Shown here piece after piece: positions 16,451 to 24,942 of a stretch of DNA of 31,319 nt; the first letter of the stretch is position 1, and each line of letters starts with the position of its first letter. The notes below the pieces were generated by a model. The model saw only the letters and a program-made list of their open reading frames with translations. It searched no databases and was not told the DNA's origin. The position numbers were made by a program, and so were the translations under genes. Source of the stretch: a virus (Duplodnaviria > Caudoviricetes); the IMG/VR virus record IMGVR_UViG_3300003432_000012, positions 1 to 31,319 of that record, one strand, 5' to 3'.

Positions 16451-17521
16451 ATGAATCCGATTCAGAAGTATATAAATACTATTGTCTATCCTGCACAGTT
16501 CAATTTCTTTGCGGCAGCGATAGCGGCAGCGGCAACGGTGGCGGCAACGGCCTACACTATAGCGTCAAGCGAAAGCAGCGCAGATGCAGGACAAGCGGCG
16601 GCGGCTAAAGCTGGTGAAAATGCTGCTGGCATTACTAATGACCAGATGAACGAACTGCGCAAGGCAAGGGATAATGCAAATAAGTATCAGTTACCCTATT
16701 ACGATACAGGAACTAACGCACAGAATAAGCTTGGTTATATGATGGGACTAGGGAATACTGTAGAAACTCCTGTAGATAATAGCGTAGGTGTGTTTCTAGG
16801 CCAAAAACAAGCGCAACTGCAACAACATTTAGCATCTAAGCCAGATGCAAAAAATAAAGCCGCATTAAAGAAATGGCAAACACAAAAACAAAACATTAAT
16901 AACCAGATTAAAGATATCAAAGCTAATGGAGAAAGCTCAACATTCTATAATAAATGGAATCAAAACCAGCCACAAACTAAAAAGGTAGAATTACCTATAG
17001 ATTCAACTTATGGATCTTTATTGAAGGATTTTAGTGCTGAAGATTTTCAGGTTGATCCAGGGTATCAATTTAGAAAAGATCAGGGTAACAAGGCAATCGA
17101 CAACAAATTAGCCGCTATGGGTGGCGTTCAAAGTGGGTTGGCATTGAAGGATGCAATGACTTTTAACCAAGGATTAGCGGCTCAAGAGTACCAAGGCGCA
17201 TTTGACAGGTATATGACCCAAAAGGGTTATAAAACCAATACCCTGTTTAATATGGCAGGAACTGGACAAAGGGCTGCTGATAACATCAGTCAAAATAATA
17301 ACCAATTTGGGGCTAATGTATCCAATGCGTTAGCTCAAAAAGGACAGGCTCAACAAGACGCAATCTATCAAGGTGCTAATGCTAAAATAGCTGGCAACAC
17401 TGGGACAGCTAATGCGGTTGGAAGCATAGGTAAGGGTATATCTGCAATTGCTGGGTATAACTCAGGGATGAAAACAGGCTATGGGAATACCGGAGTTGAT
17501 TCTAGCGCGTGGGGTGCATAA
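16451..17521 (+). CDS. DNA ejection (pilot) protein, P22 gp7-like
   Basis: Ala-rich N-terminus, PYY.TG..A, DPGYQFR.DQG...AA.GG..SG.ALK motif. Confidence 0.85.
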   Translation: MNPIQKYINTIVYPAQFNFFAAAIAAAATVAATAYTIASSESSADAGQAAAAKAGENAAGITNDQMNELRKARDNANKYQLPYYDTGTNAQNKLGYMMGLGNTVETPVDNSVGVFLGQKQAQLQQHLASKPDAKNKAALKKWQTQKQNINNQIKDIKANGESSTFYNKWNQNQPQTKKVELPIDSTYGSLLKDFSAEDFQVDPGYQFRKDQGNKAIDNKLAAMGGVQSGLALKDAMTFNQGLAAQEYQGAFDRYMTQKGYKTNTLFNMAGTGQRAADNISQNNNQFGANVSNALAQKGQAQQDAIYQGANAKIAGNTGTANAVGSIGKGISAIAGYNSGMKTGYGNTGVDSSAWGA

Positions 17522-18744
17522 TGGGACTTGATAATAGATTGATTGCAATGTCCGGTGATCTTCCAGATTTTGCAGGAACATACATAGATGCTCAGGCGCA
17601 AGGAATGAAGGTAGGCGCAGCAAAACAGGAAATGGAAAGATCTAATAAACTAGCTCAACTTATGGCTGCAAAACCTAAAGACATGCCTGTGTCTCAGTAT
17701 CTTGACTCACAAGGAATGGGAACACAAGCGTTAGAATATGGAAAGCAGGAAGCGGATATAGCTAAAACTCAGGCTGATACGTCTAAGGCATCCTTAGAAG
17801 GCCATATTAAGCAACTTGACATTGCTGCAAGGGTAGCACAGGGGTTTTTATCACAACCTCAATTAAGCAAGCAAGCTATTTTAGACGGTGCTCAACAGTA
17901 CGCACAGCAAGGAATCATTAAGCCTGAAGATTTACAGGGTATGCAACAAAAACTTTCAGCATTGCCTGATGATGATGCAACATTAAGACAGTTTCTTAAT
18001 CAAGCTGTACAGTCAGGAATGGAAGCTAAAGACAAGTTAAGCCTTGCTTTACAGCAATCGCAGCAAGATATAACCAGTCAAAACAATTTAGTTAGTCAAG
18101 ATCTTAGGGCTAAAGAATTTGGACTAGACCAGCAAAAGTTCGGTGAAACTCAAGGTAACAATGCTTTTGAAAGAAAGTACAAAGTTGCAGGGCTCGAAAG
18201 ACAAAAGGCCAATGATGAATTTAATCAAGGGATAGCAACACAAAACCAACAGCTTAATGAGTATAAGGCTAGAAATCCTCAAGGATCAAACGTAGTTAGC
18301 GCAAGTCAGAAACGTATGGATGCTGATGCAGTTTTATCCATATTGTCACAAGCAGAGCCATTATTGGATGATTCAACTAGCAGTATGGTTGGAGCTGGTA
18401 TAGATATGGCGGCTGGCGCAGTTGGATATGGCACAAAGGGGGCTAACGCAGCGGCGCAGCTTAAAGCTTTAGAAGGTGCTTTAATTTCAAAAATGCCTAA
18501 AATGTCAGGACCGCAATCTGATAAAGATGTATTGCTTTATAAGCAAATGGCGGGGCAGATAGGAGATAGCACAATACCTATTTCAACCAGAAAGGCAGCA
18601 ATTAAAACCATTAGAACGCTTAATGAGAAATATGCAAGCCCTGAAAATGTTAGTGGCGCATGGGACGATAATACAATTATCAAGCAATATGGCGGAACTC
18701 CTGAACAGTTAGCTAAATACAAAGCCATGAAGGGGCGAAAATAA
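17521..18744 (+). CDS. DNA ejection protein, P22 gp20 position
   Basis: Q/A-rich helical protein; GPQSDKD motif; TAATG coupling (track start GTG 17509). Confidence 0.7.
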   Translation: MGLDNRLIAMSGDLPDFAGTYIDAQAQGMKVGAAKQEMERSNKLAQLMAAKPKDMPVSQYLDSQGMGTQALEYGKQEADIAKTQADTSKASLEGHIKQLDIAARVAQGFLSQPQLSKQAILDGAQQYAQQGIIKPEDLQGMQQKLSALPDDDATLRQFLNQAVQSGMEAKDKLSLALQQSQQDITSQNNLVSQDLRAKEFGLDQQKFGETQGNNAFERKYKVAGLERQKANDEFNQGIATQNQQLNEYKARNPQGSNVVSASQKRMDADAVLSILSQAEPLLDDSTSSMVGAGIDMAAGAVGYGTKGANAAAQLKALEGALISKMPKMSGPQSDKDVLLYKQMAGQIGDSTIPISTRKAAIKTIRTLNEKYASPENVSGAWDDNTIIKQYGGTPEQLAKYKAMKGRK

Positions 18745-20888
18745 TGCCTAAAGTTGACCCTAAATACTTGCTGCAAGGATTACTCGATAGAGGGTTACAG
18801 CCCCATCAAGCGGCTGGTGTGATGGGTAATATTGCGCTAGAAAATAGCCAATTTGATACAGGCGCAAAAGAGCAAAACCCAATGACTGAAAGCGCAAGAA
18901 AGCAGGGCGGCGGATTTGGTCTTATGCAATGGACAGCACCGGAACGCAAACAAGGGCTATATAACTTTGCCAATATGCAAGGAAAGCCTGTAGATGACCC
19001 TGACGTTCAGCTTGATTACTTCATGGAAGAAATGAAGGGAAGCCACAAGAAAGCTATGAAAGCTTTGGAAATGTCAAGCAACCCACGTCAAGCGGCTTTT
19101 GCTGTATCAAGACATTACGAAATCCCTAGTAAAAAATACGCTCATAATGACAAGCGCATGAGTGCTGCTGAACAGTTCTTTAAGCTTATTAATCCAATCG
19201 GTGAAGCGCAAGCAGACGAAATTCCACAAGGATTTGACCCCGTTGAGTATAAGCAGTTTTTAGATAGTGAAGCACAGCAACAGCCGCAACAAGAATCTAG
19301 TTTTGATCCTGAAGAGTATAAGCAATTCTTAGAGCAAGAAAAATCCAATAGTGAGCCACGATTAGGGCAAGAAATAGCGCAAGGAATAACGGATATAGGT
19401 GCTGGAGTTCTTAAAGGTGCATCTAATATAGGCAATACTTTGTTAAGTGCTGGAGATACCTATAATGAACTGGTAGGTAACAAAAACGCATTGTCTAATC
19501 TTGATTCTACTGGTGAACAACGTCGGCAAGAGATGACACAAGCATTACAGGATCAAGGCGCTAACACAGATTCAACCGCTTTTAATGTTGGAGAGATAGG
19601 AACAGAAATAGCTGGAGCTGCTGGTGTTGGTAATGCGTTAGCTGCTGGTGCTAAGTCAATACCTGTTATATCGAAACTCGCTGAACCTATAGCAACGGCT
19701 GGAATGAAAGGCAAGATTGCAGAAAAAGTTATAGGTGGCGGTATTAGTGGTGCTGCTCAAACTGGGCTAGTGTCTGGAAGCCCTAAAGATGCTGGCACAG
19801 GTGCGCTGGTAGGAATGGCTTTGCCTCCTACTTTAGCAGTTGCTAATAAAGCTGGATCAACTATTGGTAGCGGATTGGGCAAGGCAGGAAAGGCTATCAT
19901 GCCAGAACTCAGTAAAGAGGTTAAAGATTTGGCTATTAAAGCCAAAAGTTATGGTATAGACATACCTTTGGATAGATTATATGATTCTAAGCCACTAAAT
20001 GCTTTAGCTTCAGGATTAAACTATGTTCCAATGAGCGGCAGGGCTGGAACCGAGGAAAAGATAGCCAAACAACTAAATAAGGCAGTATCTAAAACAATAG
20101 GCCAAGATACTCATAACATAACTAAAGCGTTAAGAGATGCCAAAACAGTATTAAGCCAAAAGTTTGACGATACTTTGAAGAATAACTCGGTTAATATCGA
20201 CAAGAAATTAGTTGATGAACTAGGAAAGATTCAGTCAAATACTTCTCGCATATTTGGCGGTGAAGTTCCAAAGACTATACAAGCGCAATTAGACGAGATA
20301 GTTAAAACAGCTAATAACGGCGTTCTTGATGGTGAAAATGCTTATAGAATAAAAAGAGAACTTGACCGAATGGGTAAAGGCTCTAGTAATGAAGCTTTCC
20401 ATTTTAGAGAGATAAAAGACTCTTTAATGGGGGCTTTAAATAGGTCTTTAGGTGCTGACAAGGCAAAAGAGTTTAGCAAAGTTCGTGAACAATACTCTAA
20501 TATGCTTACCCTTGAAAAACTAGCCAAGAATGGTGCTGAAGGTGATATTAGTATTGCCAGATTAGCAAACATTAAGAAACCTAAGAGCAAAGAGCTTCAG
20601 GACTTAGCAGACATAGCGGCTCAGTTTGTAAAAGCAAGAGAGGGGCAACACGGAAGCGCACAGAGGGCAGCGGCGGCGGCTATTACTCTTGGTACTGCTG
20701 GCGCTCCTGCTTTAGCTACTGGTGCGGCTGTTGGCAACATGGCTAACAAGCTATTGAACAGTAAGACTTTACGAGACAAGGCTACAGGCTCAACCACTAA
20801 GCAACTGCTTGCCAAGAGAGATAATCTGCTTAACCTTTTAGCTCAGAAATCAGCGCCCTTAGTAGTGACCAAAGAAACACAAGAATAA
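18744..20888 (+). CDS. Large ejection protein (gp16 position) with N-terminal phage-tail-lysozyme domain
   Basis: GL.PHQAAGVMGNI.LE..F....E...GGFGLMQWT..R...L...QLDY...E lysozyme-like motif; G/A-rich hydrophobic segments. Confidence 0.85.
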   Translation: MPKVDPKYLLQGLLDRGLQPHQAAGVMGNIALENSQFDTGAKEQNPMTESARKQGGGFGLMQWTAPERKQGLYNFANMQGKPVDDPDVQLDYFMEEMKGSHKKAMKALEMSSNPRQAAFAVSRHYEIPSKKYAHNDKRMSAAEQFFKLINPIGEAQADEIPQGFDPVEYKQFLDSEAQQQPQQESSFDPEEYKQFLEQEKSNSEPRLGQEIAQGITDIGAGVLKGASNIGNTLLSAGDTYNELVGNKNALSNLDSTGEQRRQEMTQALQDQGANTDSTAFNVGEIGTEIAGAAGVGNALAAGAKSIPVISKLAEPIATAGMKGKIAEKVIGGGISGAAQTGLVSGSPKDAGTGALVGMALPPTLAVANKAGSTIGSGLGKAGKAIMPELSKEVKDLAIKAKSYGIDIPLDRLYDSKPLNALASGLNYVPMSGRAGTEEKIAKQLNKAVSKTIGQDTHNITKALRDAKTVLSQKFDDTLKNNSVNIDKKLVDELGKIQSNTSRIFGGEVPKTIQAQLDEIVKTANNGVLDGENAYRIKRELDRMGKGSSNEAFHFREIKDSLMGALNRSLGADKAKEFSKVREQYSNMLTLEKLAKNGAEGDISIARLANIKKPKSKELQDLADIAAQFVKAREGQHGSAQRAAAAAITLGTAGAPALATGAAVGNMANKLLNSKTLRDKATGSTTKQLLAKRDNLLNLLAQKSAPLVVTKETQE

Positions 20889-20931
20889 CTAAGCCGATAG
20901 CTTTATAAATGCGGTATTGTAAATATGTCAT
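20830..20931 (-). CDS. 33-aa single-TM protein, apparently leaderless; candidate superinfection-exclusion protein
   Basis: Hand translation MTYLQYRIYKAIGLVILVFLWSLLRALISELKG; perfect extended -10 lies 7 nt upstream of the ATG. Confidence 0.6.
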   Translation of the reverse strand: MTYLQYRIYKAIGLVILVFLWSLLRALISELKG

Positions 20932-20938
20932 GTGTGAT

Positions 20939-20947
20939 ATTATAACA
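20939..20947 (-). promoter_or_regulatory. Extended -10 promoter TGTTATAAT, antisense to the late operon
   Basis: TATTATGTTATAAT (20952..20939) is identical to 5042-5055 upstream of terS. Confidence 0.6.
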
Positions 20948-20964
20948 TAATAAACGAGATAATT

Positions 20965-22077
20965 ATGCCTGGATCAGTAGCGGTATTCCCATCAGAACAG
21001 TTTTTAAATGTAAGCGGTCAGCCTGTAGCAAACGGAACGTTAACAGTCTATGCGGCTAATACCTTAACTTTAGCACCAACATGGACAGATAAAGACCAGA
21101 CTACACTAAATACTAACCCTATCATATTGAACGCTTTAGGAGAGCCACCAGCATCTATATGGCTTAATTCAGGGAGCTATTATGATATGGTATTAAAAGA
21201 TAGCTTAGGCGCAACAATACGAACCTATAATGATGTAGTAGGCGCTAATTCAAGCCCAGCAACAAGCGTTGGTGAATGGATGCAGTTTACCGGAGCGCTA
21301 ACTTATGTTGACCCTAATACATTTACCACCCCAGGGAACCAGACAGTAACATTTCAGGCAGGTAGGAAAATACTTTGTTATGTAAGTCCAGGATTGACAA
21401 TACAGGGAACTGTAATTAGTTCTACGTTCACGACTTCAACATCTGTAATAGTTAGATTCCCATCTGTTTCAACAGTTCTTAATGCTGGCCTTACTCGTGT
21501 TGATTTAAGCCTTATTACACCATTACTTAGTCCTATTTGGGCTGGTGACAATGGTGTTGTTGATTTAACTGGATATTCTGGTGCAGACGTTGTGTTAGGT
21601 ATTGGACAAGCTGCTGTTTATGATGTATCTGCAATTACTACCTTGCCATTAAGAATAGCTACAGGTGACAATCAGCTATATGAATTAAGGGTGTTGCCAA
21701 CCAATGTTGCTGGAGCAACTTTCGCAAACCCTACAAACTTGCAACCTAATAATGCAAATACCGGAGCTGGCGCGGTAACAAGGATAGCTATGTTTGCTCA
21801 ACAAGGCGGCGCTCCTATTGCTAGTGGTGTATTTACTACGGAAAACGTTTTTGTTCTTGATGGTGCAAACACGATAAATAAAATTCGTGTAGAGATATGC
21901 ACTAGGACTAATGGAAAAACTATAGAAAGTAACTCAAGCAATACAAGCGCCACAAGCAATATAATAACAACCACACAAGGCAGGTGGTCTGATACGGTTA
22001 CAGCATGGGCAAGTCTTGGTACTATTAACTTTGGCGCGGCAATAACTGGACGAATTTCAGTGAGGAGAATAATGTGA
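20965..22077 (+). CDS. Tail fibre / receptor-binding protein
   Basis: N-terminal virion-anchor motif QF....GQP.ANG.L.VY.A.T...A.T.TD......NTNPIILNA.G; T/S/G-rich beta body; P22 gene 9 position. Confidence 0.75.
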   Translation: MPGSVAVFPSEQFLNVSGQPVANGTLTVYAANTLTLAPTWTDKDQTTLNTNPIILNALGEPPASIWLNSGSYYDMVLKDSLGATIRTYNDVVGANSSPATSVGEWMQFTGALTYVDPNTFTTPGNQTVTFQAGRKILCYVSPGLTIQGTVISSTFTTSTSVIVRFPSVSTVLNAGLTRVDLSLITPLLSPIWAGDNGVVDLTGYSGADVVLGIGQAAVYDVSAITTLPLRIATGDNQLYELRVLPTNVAGATFANPTNLQPNNANTGAGAVTRIAMFAQQGGAPIASGVFTTENVFVLDGANTINKIRVEICTRTNGKTIESNSSNTSATSNIITTTQGRWSDTVTAWASLGTINFGAAITGRISVRRIM

Positions 22078-22340
22078 TTTATGTGATTGGTGCTGTATTA
22101 GCATTATTTTTTATATTGTCGATAGTTATTTTCTTTTATCAAAAAAGAAATGAATCGTTAGATAAAAAGGTAAAAGAAGAAACAACAGCAAAGGAACAGT
22201 CAAACGCTGTTATCATGCAGAAAGTCAAAGAAGATGGTGCATTGAAGAAAGTAGAGATTGAGCTAAGAAATAGGCGGAAGTTTGACCAGCAAAAAATAGA
22301 TGCTGGTGATCGGTCGGGGTTTGAAGATGATAAATACTAA
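22074..22340 (+). CDS. Putative inner-membrane spanin (Rz-like)
   Basis: N-terminal TM plus charged coiled coil; next to endolysin. Confidence 0.5.
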   Translation: MIYVIGAVLALFFILSIVIFFYQKRNESLDKKVKEETTAKEQSNAVIMQKVKEDGALKKVEIELRNRRKFDQQKIDAGDRSGFEDDKY

Positions 22341-22884
22341 AGCCTTTTTTGATGCATACAGGCTTAAATTTGGCTCTTTAAAACAATCTCAGGTTGATGG
22401 TATTAATCAATTGCTTTCGTTCGGTGCTGGGTTTGATAAGCGTTATTTTGCTTATATGATGGCAACTGTAAAACATGAGTGTGCAGACACATGGAAGCCA
22501 ATAACAGAATACGGAAGTAAGGACTATTTTAATAAGTATGATGCAGATACAAGATTGGGCCAAAGACTAGGAAACATTGTTGATGGTGATGGTTATAGGT
22601 ACAGGGGGAGGGGATACGTCCAGATTACAGGCCGCGCAAACTATGAAAGATTAGGCAATATAATAGAGGTTGATTTAATAAACAATCCAGACCTTGCGCT
22701 AGACCCTGTTAATGCGTTTAGCATCATGAAAATAGGCATGGAAAAAGGGTTATTCACTGGAAAAAGGCTATCTGATTACATCAACCAATCATGCAACTAT
22801 TTACAAGCTAGAAGGATTATTAACGGCATGGATAGAGCTGAATTAATTGCTGGCTATGCTAAATTCTTTGAAGGGATATTATGA
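22327..22884 (+). CDS. Endolysin, glycoside hydrolase family 19
   Basis: AYMMATVKHE, PITEYG, LGN..DGDGYRYRGRGYVQITGRANY, ARRIING; alternative start 22300. Confidence 0.92.
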   Translation: MINTKAFFDAYRLKFGSLKQSQVDGINQLLSFGAGFDKRYFAYMMATVKHECADTWKPITEYGSKDYFNKYDADTRLGQRLGNIVDGDGYRYRGRGYVQITGRANYERLGNIIEVDLINNPDLALDPVNAFSIMKIGMEKGLFTGKRLSDYINQSCNYLQARRIINGMDRAELIAGYAKFFEGIL

Positions 22885-23147
22885 GAACAATACTATTCAT
22901 TAACCTATTCATAATACTATTCATGCTTCTATCAATGTATGGATGTACAGAAATACAGGTTAAATATTTACCTATTGATCTTACTCAAAAGCTACCAGAA
23001 AAATCAATATTGCCAGTTGTTAAAAAAGAAGAGCTTAGATGTTTAACTGATGATGTTTACAAAAGACTGGAATATAGACAATGGCTACTAAAAAAAGATT
23101 CGTTAACATGCAGGGCGTTAATAGAAACAACAAAGAAAGCAGAATAA
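22881..23147 (+). CDS. Lipoprotein, putative outer-membrane spanin (Rz1-like)
   Basis: Signal peptide with lipobox-like MYGC; Pro-containing linker; two further Cys. Confidence 0.6.
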   Translation: MRTILFINLFIILFMLLSMYGCTEIQVKYLPIDLTQKLPEKSILPVVKKEELRCLTDDVYKRLEYRQWLLKKDSLTCRALIETTKKAE

Positions 23148-23190
23148 AAAAAGCCCTAGCGACCGCGATTCCGCAATCCTAACTAGGGCT
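23146..23190 (-). terminator. Intrinsic terminator (minus strand)
   Basis: AGCCCTAG/CTAGGGCT 8-bp stem around a structured 23-nt loop; A7 at 23146-23152 reads as a U tract on the minus strand. Confidence 0.7.
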
Positions 23191-23221
23191 AAACAGGAGG
23201 TTGAGAGGATGAATCTCAACC
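23146..23221 (-). ncRNA. Candidate small RNA carrying anti-Shine-Dalgarno seeds
   Basis: Own promoter; 5' hairpin GGUUGAGA-UUCAUCC-UCUCAACC, then UCCUGUUU, then terminator hairpin and U7; no ORF. Confidence 0.6.
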
Positions 23222-23223
23222 CA

Positions 23224-23251
23224 ATAATACCATAAAGTAAATAAAATGCAA
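23224..23251 (-). promoter_or_regulatory. Sigma70-type promoter for the candidate sRNA
   Basis: Minus strand TTGCAT-16 nt-TATTAT with extended TG. Confidence 0.55.
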
Positions 23252-23270
23252 AAGAAAAAGAAAGGCGGAA

Positions 23271-23501
23271 ATGGCAAAAAGTGTTAATTGCTTAAATACT
23301 TCTGGATTCGCTGGTGTATCATTTGACAAACGGCGTGGGGCATGGATGGCTTACGTTTACAGAAACAAAAAAAATACCTTTATCGGAAGGGATTACGCAA
23401 CATCCGACGAAGCCAATCAAGCAAGAGAGAAATATCTAAATGATGATAAGATTATTATTCCTACTGTTCGCAGTATCTTCAGTTCAAGCTGGAACCGTTA
23501 A
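23271..23501 (+). CDS. Stand-alone AP2-domain DNA-binding protein
   Basis: NTSGFAGVSFDKRRGAWMAYV......IG..Y.T..EA..AR. Confidence 0.8.
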   Translation: MAKSVNCLNTSGFAGVSFDKRRGAWMAYVYRNKKNTFIGRDYATSDEANQAREKYLNDDKIIIPTVRSIFSSSWNR

Positions 23502-24942
23502 GCTTTCGTGGGATGCAAGCCCAACTCAAGCATGTACAGCAACCATAACTACTGATTGTGTTGCTGGTTATGACTTGTATTATGGCATTGATAACATTAA
23601 CTTAACCACTCTAATTGACGTTGGTAATGTTACAACTCACACATTAAACAATGTCACAGAGGGGGTTAGATATTACTATGCGTTGAAGTCCTATAATACA
23701 GATCACTCACAAACCTCAGTATTTTCAAATATTGTCTCATCTGTTGCGTTTTCCTCAGCGTCAAGTAATGTTTTAGGAGGGATAAAGCCTATTAATTTTG
23801 GAAATGATGGGGAAGGAGTTGAATTAGGGGTTAAGTTTAAGCCGATTGTTGACGGTAAGATATTGGCTTTAAAGGCTTACATACCGGAAGGGTTTACTGG
23901 AAATAGAAGTGTTAGCTTATGGGATTCAACTGGTGTATTGATGGGAACGGCGACACTGGCAGACGATGGGTTTACAAATGCGTGGGTTTCTATTCCTTTT
24001 GAAACTCCTGTATCTGTTATAGCGGGAACTCAATATGTTGCGTCTTTTTACTCACCTAATGGCTTATTTGCTTATGAATCTAATGGATTCTCTACTCCTA
24101 AGATAGCTAACAATCTTTATTTCTTTGGTAGTAATGAAATTGATGGTGGTAATGGTGTTTACAGTTATTCATTAGCAAGTGTATTCCCTACATCATCATA
24201 TAATGCGACTAATTATTTTGTGGATGTTGTATTTGAAAGAAATGCACCATTACCTATTACTTCTTATGTTCCCCCTGTTGGCTTGAAAGCATGGTACAAG
24301 TTAAATGGTAACTTAAACGATGAGTTTGGTAATCACGGTATATCAAATGGCTCAACAATGCCTTTATTTCAGTCCGATCCTGAATCAAGTAAAACAGTAG
24401 CTTATTTTGATGGTATAGACGATATTGTAACAGTTCCTTATGATTCTTTAATTAACCTAAAGAATGGATCAAATACTCAATTTACGGTGTCTGTTTGGCA
24501 TAAACCTAACAGCATAATGACATCTTCAAAAGCCCTATTATGGCGTTATACAGACTTGCCAAACTATCTTAATGTATGGGGAGTGTATGCTAATTATACA
24601 TCCTCGGGCGGCCCTATGGGCGGATTTAGCCATAACACAACAGGCGGTTATTACTCAGTAAAAGGGGCAACTACCCCATCTTTAGGTATATGGCAGCATT
24701 TAGCACTCACCTATGATTCAATTACTGGAATACAGAGGCTTTATATTGATGGGGCTTTGGCGGTAACAACCCAAAGAACCGCAGGAACTCAGATAGTTAC
24801 ATCATTAGGCACACTTAATATAGGTGGTTCGTTCAAGTTTACACCTGGTGGTGATCATTATAATGGATGGTTAAGAGACGTAATGATCTTTAATAGATCA
24901 TTAGATGCAACCGAAATATCAAACATTTACCTTCAATCATGA
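23440..24942 (+). CDS. Exported multidomain protein: fibronectin III, DUF4082-like and LamG/ConA-like lectin domains
   Basis: Signal peptide ending VQA; FN3 LSWDAS..GY.LYYG...YYYALKSYN; VELGVKF...YVAS...NYFVDVVF; LamG FTVSVW...WQHLALTYD...LYIDG...DVMIFNRSL. Confidence 0.85.
   Translation: MMIRLLFLLFAVSSVQAGTVKLSWDASPTQACTATITTDCVAGYDLYYGIDNINLTTLIDVGNVTTHTLNNVTEGVRYYYALKSYNTDHSQTSVFSNIVSSVAFSSASSNVLGGIKPINFGNDGEGVELGVKFKPIVDGKILALKAYIPEGFTGNRSVSLWDSTGVLMGTATLADDGFTNAWVSIPFETPVSVIAGTQYVASFYSPNGLFAYESNGFSTPKIANNLYFFGSNEIDGGNGVYSYSLASVFPTSSYNATNYFVDVVFERNAPLPITSYVPPVGLKAWYKLNGNLNDEFGNHGISNGSTMPLFQSDPESSKTVAYFDGIDDIVTVPYDSLINLKNGSNTQFTVSVWHKPNSIMTSSKALLWRYTDLPNYLNVWGVYANYTSSGGPMGGFSHNTTGGYYSVKGATTPSLGIWQHLALTYDSITGIQRLYIDGALAVTTQRTAGTQIVTSLGTLNIGGSFKFTPGGDHYNGWLRDVMIFNRSLDATEISNIYLQS

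Noticed and set aside
16511-16610. GCGGCA-type repeats in the gp7-like gene
   Set aside because: Simply encode the poly-Ala N-terminus usual in pilot proteins
5412-20815. Many 60-106 aa minus-strand ORFs inside structural genes (for example 5412-5690, 6259-6579, 12532-12768, 19142-19435)
   Set aside because: Antisense shadows of well-supported genes, with no RBS, promoter or recognisable motifs
20917-20946. Possible + strand promoter for the tail fibre gene (TTGTAA...TATTAT/TATAAC)
   Set aside because: Spacing is 15 or 18 nt and the match is weaker than the overlapping minus-strand TGTTATAAT; not excluded but not supported enough
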